From positions 4,588,001 through 4,652,000 of the forward strand of contig OZ316775.1 of assembly GCA_973851085.1 (NCBI GenBank): a stretch of 64,000 bases of DNA, written 5' to 3'. Positions within the stretch are counted from its first letter, which is position 1; each line of letters opens with the position of its first letter. The stretch comes from Ptychomitrium polyphyllum. Lineage: Eukaryota. The notes beneath the pieces are model-generated. The model had not been told where the DNA came from. It made no database searches and worked only from the letters and a program-made list of their open reading frames with translations. Position numbers and translations under genes: made by a program. Positions 50,637 through 64,000 of this stretch are shown here, piece after piece.

Positions 50637-53179
50637 CTACACTTCGAGCAGCCATTCTTGGCCATTAATGAAGTCCAGGTGTGTAAACGGCATCGCCTCT
50701 ACCTGGTTCATAGTGTGCGCCCATGGCTGTCCTATGGTCGTTGCTCCTGGACCCCAGCATTCATACATTCCATAAGTCACCGTCCTGTTGTTATCGCATT
50801 CAACGAAAAACCACAACGAAGGCAAGCGGGTCAGTACCGTGTTCCTCTCTTGGCACTCAAGAAGTCAATGGTGATGAGGCAGTTGGTGTAATGTACAAGA
50901 TTTTTCACAAAATTAGAATACAAGTCAAGATGTTGCTTGAGCTAACACATACTGTAAGCAGAGAGTGCTGCATTATGTCTGACGAGGTTACAAGAGCAAG
51001 AATTAGGGTTCATGGAATCTTACTGCTCACGGTTGGAACTATCATGGGTCCAGTCTGCATCCCACACCTGGGGTTGAATTATGTTTTCTATGTAGCATCC
51101 AGAATAAATAATACGTGAGTATTTCCCCATGGCTCTTCCTAAGAAATTGCTGCCGGAGCCTATTATTTGGCAGCCAACGAAGGCGAAGCCACTGGTATCG
51201 TCAGGACTCTCCCTCTCCTGGGCTGCAATTGACCCGGTACTTGTTGCAATGGAATGAAAAGTGGATGCCTGCTCAGGGGACACCCATATTTGCCATAAAA
51301 TCAGCATATTACAAGTAAAAGTTGGTCGAATTTCTGAACAAGAAAGTGCGAGGTTCTACTGAGTTGATGGCTCAAGGGTTTGTATACACTGGGTGGCGAG
51401 ATAATCTACCATGTACATCGATTGACCATTGCCAAAGACGAAATCTATGGAGCCTTGAATATAACAGTTCTTGAAGTAGTGACGCCCAGTGTCATCGCAA
51501 AGAGTGTCTTGACCTCCATAGAAAGCACAGTTGTAGAATGCCCCCTTGTCGCCTGAAATTCGAAATGCTGCCCCCTGTCTTCCTGTTGCTCCTGGTGGAG
51601 GTACCTCTGCGGTGTTCTATAAAGAAATTAACCAGTGTATACGCATGAGGTTAAATATCATTTGATTAGGAGGATCTTCCGCATCACTTGATTCCTGATT
51701 CAGCACTGCTCGTAACACTTGAATATCATATTTAATTGTCCTTTATGAGCTTTACATTAACGCAACTGACAGCACATAAAAGTGATCGTTAGACTGAGAA
51801 ACAAGAAGAGTTTAGAAGGAAGAGGAGTCGTGTACCTTAAAGGCAACGTCTCTGGCAACGAAGTTGGGAGCAAACACCATGACGGAAGCGCTGTCGTAAG
51901 AGCCAAGATCTTTGCCATCAGGGCCAATGTCACTGGCAATACTGTTCCATGAGATTGACGTTGAATTTGCCCCCGCTCCTTGGATCGTCAGATATGGTAG
52001 CGTGCTTGGTACCTTCACTTTTTCCCTGCTCAACTTCCATCACCAATCTCAGTGAGCACAACGCTAAGGCATATCTTAGACCATCGTAAGTTGTGGCTAC
52101 GATGGGAGTTGAATCTTAAAAGTTGACAAACACTTTTGAACTTTGAACCGTCCTTTCAGAATCCTTTGGCAAGTTGAAGAGTTGAGAACCTGAGGACCAG
52201 GCAGTCAAATATGTATAATTTGTGTGCGGCTCCTTCACAATGCCAGTTCAGACTGACATGGTCAGGGTTCTCCTCACAAGCTGCTTATATCATTATGAAC
52301 TGCCCATGTGCCAGACTGCAGGCGCCAAGCTTGATTGAACTTAACCTAATAATGATATCAGGCATCAAGAATAGATCCGTTGGCTACTGGAGCATATGTA
52401 CATGTGTACATCTCCCAGAACACCGGCTCAGGATTGAGTAATTTCGTTAATTAACTCGCACACTTGTTCCAATAATGGTTTCTTCCTGCCTACGGTAGTA
52501 CATCAGTGAGGCTCTGAAGTCGAATTTACTTCAGTGGCAGCATGAGTACACACGATTAAAATTACATCTCCTCGCTAGAAATGTTTCCTCAAAAATTAGG
52601 GTCACACAAACGTACCGAACCCTTCTAACATTTCACATCTCATGACTTTCTTCAAAGCACGCTACATATCTGAACTTTCTATAATCTTTATCTAACTCTT
52701 GAAATGGAATCTTAAGAACTTCGAGAAACTTCCTAAGGGTTCAAGATAACAGAGGCCGACAATTGAAGCAAATCGGGAGAACATTGAAGAAGACTCAAAA
52801 TGATAAGTTCGCCACAACAATCCGAGGGAAAGAGAATCGCTTACACATAGTTGCCTGCATTGATTCTAATGACGATCTTCTGCGGATTCCCTGCCGGAAC
52901 CGCGTCCACTGCACCTTGCACAGTCGTATAATCCCCTAGTCCGTTCGCATCCACTATAATTTGTTGCGATATCGCATTACTCAGCGGAGGAGCTTCTCCC
53001 ATTGACGGAACTCCCTGCAGCAACTTCCGACTGGAAAACTCTTGCCATCGTTCAGCGTGACCCTTTGCCACACGTTCTTGAGAAAATATGCAAAAGGTAA
53101 AGATGACAGCTATCGCACACTTTCTATGATCCGACCTGCCATAATCCAACCCGCTACAGCGCGACGTCTGAACCTCCAT
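50637..53179 (-). CDS. Pectin methylesterase (CE8) without a PMEI pro-domain, 5 exons
   Basis: Exons 53179-52845, 52025-51836, 51616-51410, 51268-51024 and 50784-50637. Motifs [40 protein letters not shown] and LGRAMG. Confidence 0.95.
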
Positions 53180-54472
53180 AGCGAGCAGTAGGCCCGAACA
53201 AAAGACAGTGTTGCTCTAGTTCTTCGCTTAGTTATGCACAATAGTATTTCAAGAGCAACTCGACCTACCTCGGCCTCTTCATCTCGCGCTATTCTCAACT
53301 AACCATATTTTTGGCGATGGATGAACTCAATGCCGATTCTCGACAAATAATCAGCTTACTACTAAGTGCTTGCCTCTGAGCAACCTGTCTAAAGCAGACA
53401 AGTTAAGGCATGAGTTCAAGCATGCCAGCAAGAAAGCGAACTCAATCGGCAGCTATGAAGCAGAACTGCAACTCATATATGACTGTATATCAAACATCCT
53501 TACCACACACGGCATTCACGTTATAACAAAATTCCATAATGGATAAGCCTCTCATGATGGGTTAGCCTCCAACATGTACGAGCAATCGTCCCACAAAGAT
53601 ATCCCATCTGTATTGTATGTATGTATCCATCATTGCCATTAATTCAGCGCATGTAGCCTAAAACAAGCACGGTCTCCACAGAAACGAGAGCGTAACAGAG
53701 CTCGTGATTTGGAAAAAGAATGTAGCATGCAATTCTAGTATCTACCTTTAATTGAAAATGATCGTCGCCATCTAGTTCTTCTTTTAGTTATGCACAATAG
53801 CAGCAGTGGTGTAAGTGGTCACAAGGCTGGCAATGAAGCGCCTTGTGACATAGACGGGAAGAATGCGGACTTGTGACGATGATGATGCTCGACGCCACCT
53901 TGTACACGATGATTATGTGTAATATGCAGGAGCTAGCGGCGCATGACATGACAGAGCACATGCATGCAATGAGAGCACCGGAGGTGCATACGCAAGATGC
54001 TGATCCCTTAGATTGAGAACCGCTCTAGAGTACCCGCGTTTAGCCAGGTATCTAACACTTCGGATAAAATCGGAATGAGAACATGAGAGACTCCTGCCGA
54101 CATGATCAGCAAGCATCGGTGCCAAACACCATTGGGGATGAGGATGGATCACTCTTGACGACGAGTATTTACACTCTGTACTGTGTGCCACAGCAGGAGC
54201 CTCAAGCTTTCACTTCAAACTTCCTGACAAGGAAACATTACCTCAAGCATTCGTTGCTTGCAACTGGATTGCAGCTTGCATGTCCTCTTGGAGATAAGAT
54301 TCTACTCACTTCCATGTAGTTTTTGTGCGCCGAAGTAGAGCCAAGTTTTGGAGATTTAGGATCTGGCGAAGATATGGTGAAGACTGTGTGTTTCACATGA
54401 GAATTGGGTCGCTTATGGTAGTTGGGTTCATGGAGAACTGAGCCCCGGGGTCAGAAATTTTCCAGCACTGTG

Positions 54473-57328
54473 ATGGCGGCTTCCAGGTGTGTGGGGTTTG
54501 TGTTGCCATTGCAGATGGGGGGAGCAGGGTGGCGGAGGAAGATGGAGCTCCAAGTGAGGAGGGACGACAATATGGTTTCGAAATTAGGGTTAGGGCAGAA
54601 TGGTTGTGTGTGTCAGGCCGGTGCGAGGTATGACTCTGGGTACAAGAAGAGTGATTCCAAGAGGGCGGGGTCTAAGAAACCTGAGAAGTATGCTTCTGTT
54701 GCTGAAGCTTCGGGCATTCGGAGAGGGGTTAGAAAGGTGTCTCGAGGCCAGAAAAATGAGGTGAGAAATGTTGAAAGATGTTGGAGATCGTTCGTGCAGG
54801 TGAGAGGATTTGATGTAGGCAACGCTTGGCTTGTTTCTTGTTACTTTTTCTCCCTGTTTACCCTAGTTTATGTTGTGGACCATAGATTGACCAACTGATG
54901 TGGAGGAGATTCCTAGGAGTATGCTTGGCGTGTGAAGAGTTAGTGGGTTTATGATTTCGTGTGGTTTAGAATTTGTTAGGTGTTGCTTTTTGCATGGGTC
55001 AGTTTGTCTTTAACCTTGAGATTTATGGTGGTGATAATTAAGCAACATTGGTTTCCGGACAGGAAATGGGTGTTTGAAATTCATCAGATACTTTCGTTAA
55101 CGGCATGATACTCCTCTTATGGCAACACAGGTTATTGTAAGGCGTTAGTCTAATGGTTCTTTGCTGTGCAGGTCACTTTTGCAATTGATGATGATGACGA
55201 CGACGACGACGGCGGCGGCGGCGGCGGCGGCGGCAGTGCTACATCACCAGTATCATTGTTGAAGCCATTAGCCGGATTCGTTCTGGACAATTCAGGGAAG
55301 GTGGTCCTTATGGCTCCTCCTCAAAATCGAATTGTTACAATTGTAAGTGTTTTCAACCTAGTAAGAAGCTCTTCAAATCACTGAAAGCACCAAAGTCTCT
55401 TTGATGTGCACTCATCACTAGGACATGTGCTTTACTGCTATTCTTTATTTAAGTATGAGAATTGATTGACTTTGCACAATAATCCAGACAGTTTTAGATG
55501 ATTTTGGTTGCTTTTTGTTTGAGCAATCTCTCACAGAGATATGATTTATTAAATGTCAATGCAGGTGGATCCAGCATCCAGAAGACCACTAGAATGTATG
55601 ATAAGAAGGGCTTTCACAAGCTCTAGCGGGCAGCAATGTCTTCTCTTATTACCTCTAGATATGTAAGGCTATCGTTTTTCTGATGCTCACGACTTTAATA
55701 CGCTTCAGATTTGCTGTATAGCATCCAACTTTTTGCTGATACTCATAAAAGAACAAGCAATCTTTGAACTTGATTCTGAGTCTTCTGTAAATTTAATGTA
55801 ACTGAATCATTTTCTTGAACTTGTATTTGGTAGTATTTTGATGAGGTGACAAAGTTCCTAATCTCGTCAAATAATTTTGTGAGAGCAGGCCCTTGCAAAT
55901 TTTGAAAATAGAAGAGGAACGTGAAGGTTTGATAGAGGTAAGATTCTTATTTCTAGTGTTTTCCTGCAAGTGTCCTAACATCATTTGCTGTTTGATAATT
56001 TACATTTAAACTAATAGCGATGGACCTAACCTGCTCATTTGCTTTTACAGCTGACTGACGCGGAGCTGGGTGAGGTGTTACCTAGTGCAGCGTACGCACT
56101 TGCGAAAAGTCGTCTTCATCTCATCGTTAGCGGGTATGTTTAATATCATTGCTTAAAATCTAGAGTTCAGGGTTTATCTTGCTGATTGTGTTTCCGTTTA
56201 TAGTTGTTACTTGTTTGAATACCCTCTAATGTTAAAGTGTTGTGTACAATGTGTCAGGTTCTGTCTGACAGCTCGAGGTGGTTTCTGCTACACCGAGAAG
56301 GATGTGATTGACTTGAACACTGGTATGAAGACTACATTCTTTTTCAAGATGTCTTGAATCTTTCTAATTCACGCTGTGAGTTGTAAAAGTTTTCATATTC
56401 TGCATATATGAACCTGCTTGCTGACATTATAGTATTTGTGCAGAGTATGGAGAGGGTTTGGGAGGTTCACTAGCCGAGGGAGTAGAGGTTGCTAATTTTC
56501 AAATGGTATTGTAACTAGCATCGTAACTTTCTTGATATGGACAGCCTCCTTTTGAGCTTTTCTTTGCAATGTTAAGAGTGGTCTTACTGATGAAGTTAAT
56601 GAGCTCACTCTTTACCCTCTAGACTGGACAATTTTAACTGATGTTTGTGGCCATCAATTATTCCTTGTGCAGGATAACAATCAATATCTTATGTACACAC
56701 CCTTTGACCCCCTAATGTTTGTGGCACACAAGGTCTGCCCCTCACCTCCTTCCTTGTCTTTTTGGGTTGAGCAAAACCTTCCATTTGATGTAGTGCTTTG
56801 GAGTTCTAGTGTAATATTGCAAAGTTTTTCATAATCAAAAGCTGACAAGTTTGTTATACTGCTTTGTTGTAACAGGACTCTGTAACAGGAGAGTTACGGA
56901 TAGCTGATGATGTGAGCCCCTTTCTCATTGTATTTGGAATTTGTTGTTGGCATGGATCTCAAAACATCATGCTGGTAATGAGAGATAGGTAGCTCTTTCA
57001 TTGATACAAAGTAAGGGATTCTGTATTTCAAATGCTTTATGTACAGTATATTTCTTCTCAATCTGTTAATGAAGCTTTGTGGGTTGACATGCAGGACCTA
57101 CTGGATGACGAAGCAGTGCTAGATGCCATTGATGAAGAAAATGAATTTCAAGCTCTTGTGGTAAGTTTTATCTTTACTGAACTTCTTTGTCGGAAGAGGT
57201 TTTGTACTCTGAAATCTCTGGTTTCAAGCCTGTTGCCTCCATTTTGCATTCCTGGTTGAATCACGTTTTGCTTCCTGCCCCAGGATGAAGAAGAGGCAGT
57301 GAACGAGGCTTTGAAGTCTGCTAAGTAA
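54473..57328 (+). CDS. DUF3727-family protein (cyanobacterial type), probably plastid-targeted, 11 exons
   Basis: Exons 54473-54760, 55172-55342, 55565-55662, 55889-55937, 56051-56133, 56258-56322, 56444-56505, 56673-56732, 56876-56911, 57095-57160 and 57284-57328 join in frame. LLLPLDMPLQI, VLPSAAYALAK..LTARG and YLMYTPFDPLMFVA resemble DUF3727. Basic, Ser/Gly-rich N-terminus. Confidence 0.85.
55187..55234 (+). repeat. Coding compound microsatellite (GAY)8(GGC)8 encoding D8G8
   Basis: gat x3, gac x5, ggc x8 in exon 2 of the DUF3727 gene. Confidence 0.95.
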
Positions 57329-59210
57329 TAGTGCAAATTTCCGAGTACTAAACTGGAACTAGGACCAAGTATGCCTTGAATCTGTTTTCGAGGAATCGCC
57401 TGTGATTGGTTATCACAACGCGAGCAGGCTCCAAATCAAGAAACTTTAGTTTGTACAGTTATTCTACCTCCTACGAGTCTTTCTTCGTAGTCTTCATTGC
57501 AAGGGTGATAATTTTGGACTAGTAGAGTACATGCTGAGTTACTTCATATGAGCTTCGATATAGGTTGTCACAATTGCGTCACTCTGCTTGGGACAAGACC
57601 GATAAGATCTGTCGACTTAAATAGCAGCTACGTTGCATTGTTTTACATGTGCTCTAAAACGAAGATTTAGGCATGATGCAGAATTCATCAACGTCTGGTT
57701 GCTTTAGTGTCGTTCAAGTTAGATGTGCGACTTTAATCAAGCCTTGAGTATTGTACCAATGTCCATCGTGGACCTGATCAAAGATTCAGATGCCCACGCA
57801 GTTGGAAAGACTTATGTTTACTACTGTGACTTCTTGCAACCATTATGATGGCCATTGCAGAAGACAATGACTGAGAGAGGACAGTTTTATAAAGTAGAGG
57901 GTAGGATCCTTGGACGATTTCCGGGCTTTCGAGCTTGCCGCGATTTTTATGATCATCACTAATACTTTTTAATTAGTGGGTCCACTTAGTACACTAGAGT
58001 ATCTTAATGCATACTATTTTGGGAGTTTGCTCGTCTACTCTATGGCATAATATGCTATAGTTAGTTGAACTTGCAGTATAAACACATTCTTAAAACAGAT
58101 TTTTGCACTATACATGGTTTTGGTGCATTGTAGCTGGGATACAGGAGGTGAAGTCATTTTAGTTAGTGAATGCTTATTCTTAATGAGTTTTGAGTTAGTG
58201 AGTGCTTATTCTTAGTGACGAGTTTAGTCAGTGAATTCAAAACGGTTGATTACATTTTCGTGCTTATAAACTTTTAGTGTTGTTCACACCTAATTCAGCA
58301 ATAATAAAGGTCTTAAGATGATTTTACGCTGTTAAAGCCAATGAACGTGTGCTTCATTTAAGCGAGATGCAGAATTTTCTGTATCCTGACGTTCCATTCT
58401 CTTGCTCCACACTTCGTGATTTGCAGTTTAAACGTTTTGTAATTTGTCATCATCCAGGGGTTATGCTGTGCTTTGTCGATCTTCAATTTGAGGTTCCTAA
58501 GTTATGTCAAAGAATAATGTTTGATTACACAAGTGTGATGGAACTCCTTTGTCAATTATTGATAGGAAGATCGAACTGGACGACTGAACACTCATTCAAC
58601 TCTAGGGCTTTTGTGATTCTTACTCGTTGTCAATACACACATTCTTTTGCAGCGTGATCTAACGTTGAATTAGCGCCTGCAAGGGCTTGTGCTGTAAGTG
58701 GGTCGTTTTTCTTGTCAAATTTTATTCGGTAGATGTGATTCCTGCTTATTAAGGTGTAAAGGTGAAGTGTGTGTTTTGTGGGGTTCCAAACGCGTCCACA
58801 TCTCAACAGGATGTCATCAACTGCTTCAACTTTAGTGTACCAATTTAAGGATTTTATCTCCATGGGTGCGGGCTAAGAGTACGGTATCTGAGCAAGCCTA
58901 CATGGGGGTTGTGAAGGTTGGGGAGATCTTTGTCTATTTAATGTTGCTTGTCCATTAGGAAGTTTTGCAGATCATTTGAAGGAGAATTAGACAGATTTCT
59001 TCTCTCTTTCCCATCTGAAGAAACTATTGTTATAGAGATTGTCAAGCATTTTGATTTCAAATCTCAAAGTTTTTACCGTGAGTATCGATCTCCTTTTTGT
59101 TCCGAAAACCCAATCAAAACAGGATTACCGCAGTTGCTGTAGTTGGGTATCCTGCTTAAACGGAAATTCTACAATCAATAAAATCTGTGCAGATCTGAGG
59201 TTGATCTGAA

Positions 59211-62200
59211 ATGGCTGAGAAGGAGACACTGAAGGAGACCAACTTCATTGAGCAGATAAGGAAAGCATATGGCTATGATGTCTACACTGAGAGTGCACTT
59301 ACAAGGTTAGCTGCCAGGTTCGAGCCGTCCTTCCGCATGGAGCAGATTACGAGAACTTCAAAACCGCGTAAGGAGCCTAAAGGTTGGAGAGATCAGTTCA
59401 TGTGTATGATCAGCATAAGACGACAGAAACTGTTGCATAGACGGGATTGGAGAAGCCGCAGCAATGAGAAAGAGAGAAATGGTCAGGTTGAAGGATGTGG
59501 TTCCAAACTAATCGCCTCTACAAACACAATTATTCCAGTTCCTGCTCTCCATTTGGGAAAGTCGTGCTCCATCAAACCTGTTCCCCGCCTGAAAGGCCTG
59601 AGCACAATCAAGGAGACCGCAAACAAAAGAAGTTCCAGAGGTGCGAAGGAGAAGATGAAACAGAAGAAGCTGCGAGGCTCAAAACGATCGAGTAAGCTAA
59701 CCCCAGCTTTTTCCTTTCGGATACTCGATGATGACGGTAACAAAATTTGAGCTGTGAAGATTTTCGATGATAGTTGCAGCAAATTTGCTCATACCCTAGT
59801 TTTTAAACTTGAGAGTCAGGCTGTTAGGGCATTATGTTGCTGATGTTTCTGCTGGAATGGTTTAGCAGGTCCCAAGAAGAAGAGAGAAAAAATGACTTAC
59901 CCTGCCTTCCAGGCCGATCCTGCGATACACTCGTTGTCTCCCTTCTTCGCTGCTCAGAACGAAATCAGTCCCCCATGTCGACCCTCAGTTCTTGAGCGAT
60001 TGGTCTTGAAAGGTGCATATGCAAAAGTATGAGCTATTTTACAGCCTCAATTTGGTCTAATGAAGTGATGATTGTACTCTTTGGGACGCTAGGCTCATTC
60101 TCAGCGTTTATTATGACTATCATTAAAAATTTAACAGGAGAAGGCGGATCGCCTTGTTGGAGTTCAAGGACTAAAGTAATGGTTTGCATCTTTTCTCACC
60201 ATCATCTGAGCACTGAGGGTTAGAGCCGAGGATAACAGCTGAGAGGTATTAGCGTGCTGTTTGTTTGTTGACAGGTGAAAGTAGAGAGAAAAAGAATTGA
60301 ATTCCTTCTTTGGTTTTCTTTTGGCAATTGAGACTATATTATTTTGGCAACTGCTGACATATTGTAGCTCTCTGCATAAGATAAAGATCATACTTTTGCA
60401 TATGCACCTTTCAAGACCCTGTTTGTTTATGGAACAGGGGAGCTTCTACTATCGTCGTTGCTGCGACCAGACCCATTAGCAGAGAACTTTGGCTTCCAAG
60501 CTCAAGATCCGCATCACAAAGTTCTCCACGCAGATGGAAATGAAAATTCTAGTCGAAGACCGAAGGTTGGAGGAATTTAATTTTCTATTTTACACAAGTT
60601 TCCCACAGGTTCAGTTAACCTAGATTTGTCAAAGTTACCTCTAGTGATCCTATGTCTATCAAAGTTAATATTCTTTGGCCTATTCGAAGAACAGATAATG
60701 GGAAATCGAACTTGTGCTGAAGAAAAAGGGATAACAGAGTATTCTGTCAAATGCATTTTAGAATTGCATTTTAGAAGTGGAACTTGCTGAGACTTTGAGT
60801 TTGATTTGTGCAGGAAGACTTGATCCATTTTAATTTTGCTGTTACCACTGCTTTCAATGTGCCCATAACTGGTAAACTCTCATCCTCTAAATCCTTACAA
60901 ATGGCTCGTTTCGGCGTTGTGGGAAGTTAATCAAATACAGATATTTCTTTGCACTTGCTACCGAGAACTATGTCCTAAGTTTTACTAACTGCCTTAAAAT
61001 ATACCAATTGAAAATGCAACACTGTTTCACTTGTTGAGCACTGTAGATAAAGAAGTATTATTCCTGGCTTTAATCCTTTCAAAGTGTGCAGGATTAATGT
61101 TTCCACCACTGGAGCGAAGGGTACGTGTCTGCTTATTCGATGGCTGTAACTTTTTGGGCAATATTCATGTATTTCCAGCTATCAGTGCTATCGAGGAAGA
61201 GGATGAGCCGTGGGTTTTCGTCAATAAGGTTTTTCAGACCTCTCACTCCAGATCTCTGTAACCTTAAGATGTCAATCGCGACATCTATAGCTTACATTAA
61301 TCAATTAACGTGTGTATAAACTGTAACACTTCCATCTTTTGAATCTCATACAATTACTCAACTACCTCAAATGCTCACAAGTATATTTTGCTCTGACAAA
61401 TTCAAAAGTTGTGCATGATTATCGAATTTAAGCAAGTATTTTACATTAATTCCGCATTTATTCGCTAATGGTGTAATTTGCTTATGATCAGGGCGCAAGT
61501 CGGTGTCTGGTGCAATACAGCAGCACAGAAGATTTGAGCTTATACATGGAAGTCAATGTTCGATACAAGTCTGCTAGTGGTAATAGAAGCTACTATGGTA
61601 ATATGTAGCGATGCGAATTAGTCAAGATCCAGTTAAGTTTTTAATGCAATATAGTCTCATGGTAATGTCGACCTAAATTTTTTAATGGTGAACGAGGTTT
61701 ATTTCATACCAGCATGAGAAACAATGTCTAAAAGCACCAGTATGGTTGTCAAAAAGTGCAGAGGATGAACATCGGGAGGCAAGTGAAATCACATGCGCAT
61801 GGGCGATGGTGGACCTTCCAAACAACCAAGCGGATGTAGACAACTTGGTGTCCAGGTCATCTTTGGAGCTGCCCTTGTTGGTGGGAAGCATGGAACGCCC
61901 TGTGGATATCAACACCGTTCATATGCCTTCTGGTATGAAACAATTATAACCCAGTGAGCACATTGTTAAGAGAGACTAAAATAAACTAGATGCTTGAGTA
62001 TAATTGCTTCTAAGCCAATAGTTGCCCTGATTGACCTTCACATGATCAAGTTGACATCTCACTGTAGTTTAGCCTGTAACCCAATGTTTCGTTAACGATT
62101 ACTTTAATAACTACAAATATGTACATCGGAGCATGTAACAATTTAAGACTGCATTCTCTTGAGCTTCTCTATTTATTGTTAATTTGAATCTGTAGGGCGT

Positions 62201-63336
62201 TCTCGGGTAATGGTAAAGAGAGGTGGAGAACTATCAGCTATTCACTTGCATTGGTACAAGCTGTCCGATTTCCAGAGAAAAAACTCCAGGTGATTTATCA
62301 ACATTTGAGTAGCTAATTCATACCATACGTGGGGTTCTAGAATTCTTCCAGATCGCTTCTAGTATTCTGTGCAAGCCAAAGAGCTTAATGTTGAGATGGA
62401 TTCTTTTGTTAGAAATGGGCCGACACAGAAAATTTCGACTTAACTCAAGTGTATACTCCTGTATTTGCTATGCCTCTATTGAATTCCGAACCTTGCCTTA
62501 CAGCTTTTCATACCATTGCTCATTATATCATTGCACAGTTTATAAGCGCGTTTGATTTGGAAGTTTTATATAGCTGCGAAGTTTTTCCGAAGATTTTACT
62601 TTCCAAAACAGAAAATTGCATATTGCAGGTTACTTCCAGAGATAATACTAGCATCAAATGAGGAGATTCCATTCTTGGTGCTGTACCGTAAGGTATTTTT
62701 AGACACTCTTCTCAATGAGAGTAACTTGTTGCCTGAGGATGCAGTACTCTCGCCTCTTATTCAGTTGTATCCATGGATGCTGAACGAAAGGGGAAGGCAA
62801 ATACAAGAAGTGTTCAAAGAATCGTGGATTGCGAGGAAGTTGGAGTGGCCCCCAAACACTAATGTACTCCAATTCAGCTGTTGATTATTGTAACGTGCTT
62901 TCAAAGTTGTTATTGAGGAAGCGATCTGCCTAAGAATGTAGACATCTAGAAATAGAGATTTTATGTTTTATTAATTTTTTTAAGCAGATGACGTAAACCA
63001 TGGAATTAAAGATGTTGAAATCACCATCTTTTTGGTCTTGAGCTTTTGATATAGTAATGTTGATTCGGGTGCTCTATGGTATTGGTGCAGTGTATGAAAG
63101 ATAAAAACAGGCAAAAATATCTCAAAGGTTTCAATAATTCTCTTCTTACGATCTTGCCGTTGCTGCAAAGCCACACCGTTCGGCAACCAACCTGGCTCTT
63201 CCACTCAAACTTGGAGGTTAGCTGGCCAGAGGATCCTTCTGATATCATCAAAAAGAAAATTGACAGTGCGATAGGAAAGTCCCCGACACACAACGACTCA
63301 ACTACTGACAATTGTTGTTCCAGCAGGGATGAGTAG
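59211..63336 (+). CDS. Nephrocystin-1 (NPHP1)-like ciliary transition-zone protein, about 630 aa, 10 exons
   Basis: Exons 59211-59736, 59869-60012, 60438-60565, 60814-60871, 61047-61228, 61492-61579, 61741-61932, 62196-62289, 62629-62863 and 63091-63336 join in frame with GT-AG introns. The 61579/61741 junction and the 3' end are less certain. Collinear blocks resemble the NPHP1 C-terminal region: RPSVLERL, RRVRVCLFDGCNFLGNIH, EITCAWA, LLPEII..FLVLYRKV, ILPLLQS. Confidence 0.78.
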
Positions 63337-64000
63337 AATTGGTATTTTTTCTACTATTGTTACGTAGGTACTGTAGCTTAGAACCAAGAGTTTCACAGCA
63401 TGCCTTCTAATATAGTTGCAGTAGAATATGAGAGCGATTGATTGAAAAATGGCTCAAAGATGTTACATGTTGCTATAAAGATGTTGCTTGGATATCATGA
63501 CTTCCGGCATAAACGACTCACGTTATTGTGATATAATACTACGATTTGGCCTAATTTGTTGAGCATAAAGGGCCAGTATCAGTACAAGTCGATAACAATC
63601 TACAGTAGCTGACTGACTTTTGGCATAGTTTCTTAGTAAAAAGGATCTTTCATTTTATACAAATAATAAGATAGAAGGGCCTGGAAAGAGGGGAAAAAAA
63701 TGTGGCATGATGTACAGTGATTCTTAGGGGCAAGATGCTGTACTAATCGTTTTAGTTAAACTGGTGCTCCACCATAATTGCCGATCTTCCGGATAAGAAT
63801 CCAAAGCTCCTTAAATCATTTCCCAAATTCCAAAAATTGCTAAATTCTATTGCACAAACTCACTATACAAGGCACTACTCCGCAAACAATAATTCTGCTT
63901 TGACCTCAAGACTTGTCTCCTATAGCTCTTCCTATCACTATCTCCTGATTCCTCACAAGCCCATCTGCTTACTCTGCTTGAGGAGCATATCATTGATGTC

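Noticed and set aside
60139..60320. Extra candidate exons in the NPHP1-like gene
   Set aside because: Their phases do not connect without stops, and direct splicing of 60012 to 60438 gives the NPHP1-like motif without a gap.

Overview
Plant nuclear DNA, probably a moss. This is an inference from a chromovirus-type Gypsy element, a cilia-related NPHP1-like gene and a plastid-type LysM protein. Ten apparently intact protein genes were reconstructed by hand from splice sites: a GDSL lipase, an intronless mitochondrial DTC carrier, an IQD protein, RPS21, FHIT, a transit-peptide plus tandem-LysM protein, an intronless F-box protein, a pectin methylesterase, a DUF3727 plastid protein and an NPHP1 (nephrocystin-1)-like protein. 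The window also holds a tRNA-Ser pseudogene, two F-box relics, a papain-like protease relic, a 5.3-kb AT-rich block, and a nest (about 26.7-35.6 kb) of a decayed Ty3/Gypsy chromovirus with solo LTRs and readable target-site duplications (TSDs). The best leads are three. (1) A divergent NPHP1-like ciliary transition-zone gene. (2) A probably chloroplast-targeted two-LysM protein, a candidate binder of plastid peptidoglycan. (3) A FHIT gene with a 3-nt micro-exon next to a U12 AT-AC intron, plus a GC-AG intron. Family calls come from motif recognition by eye; no database search was run.
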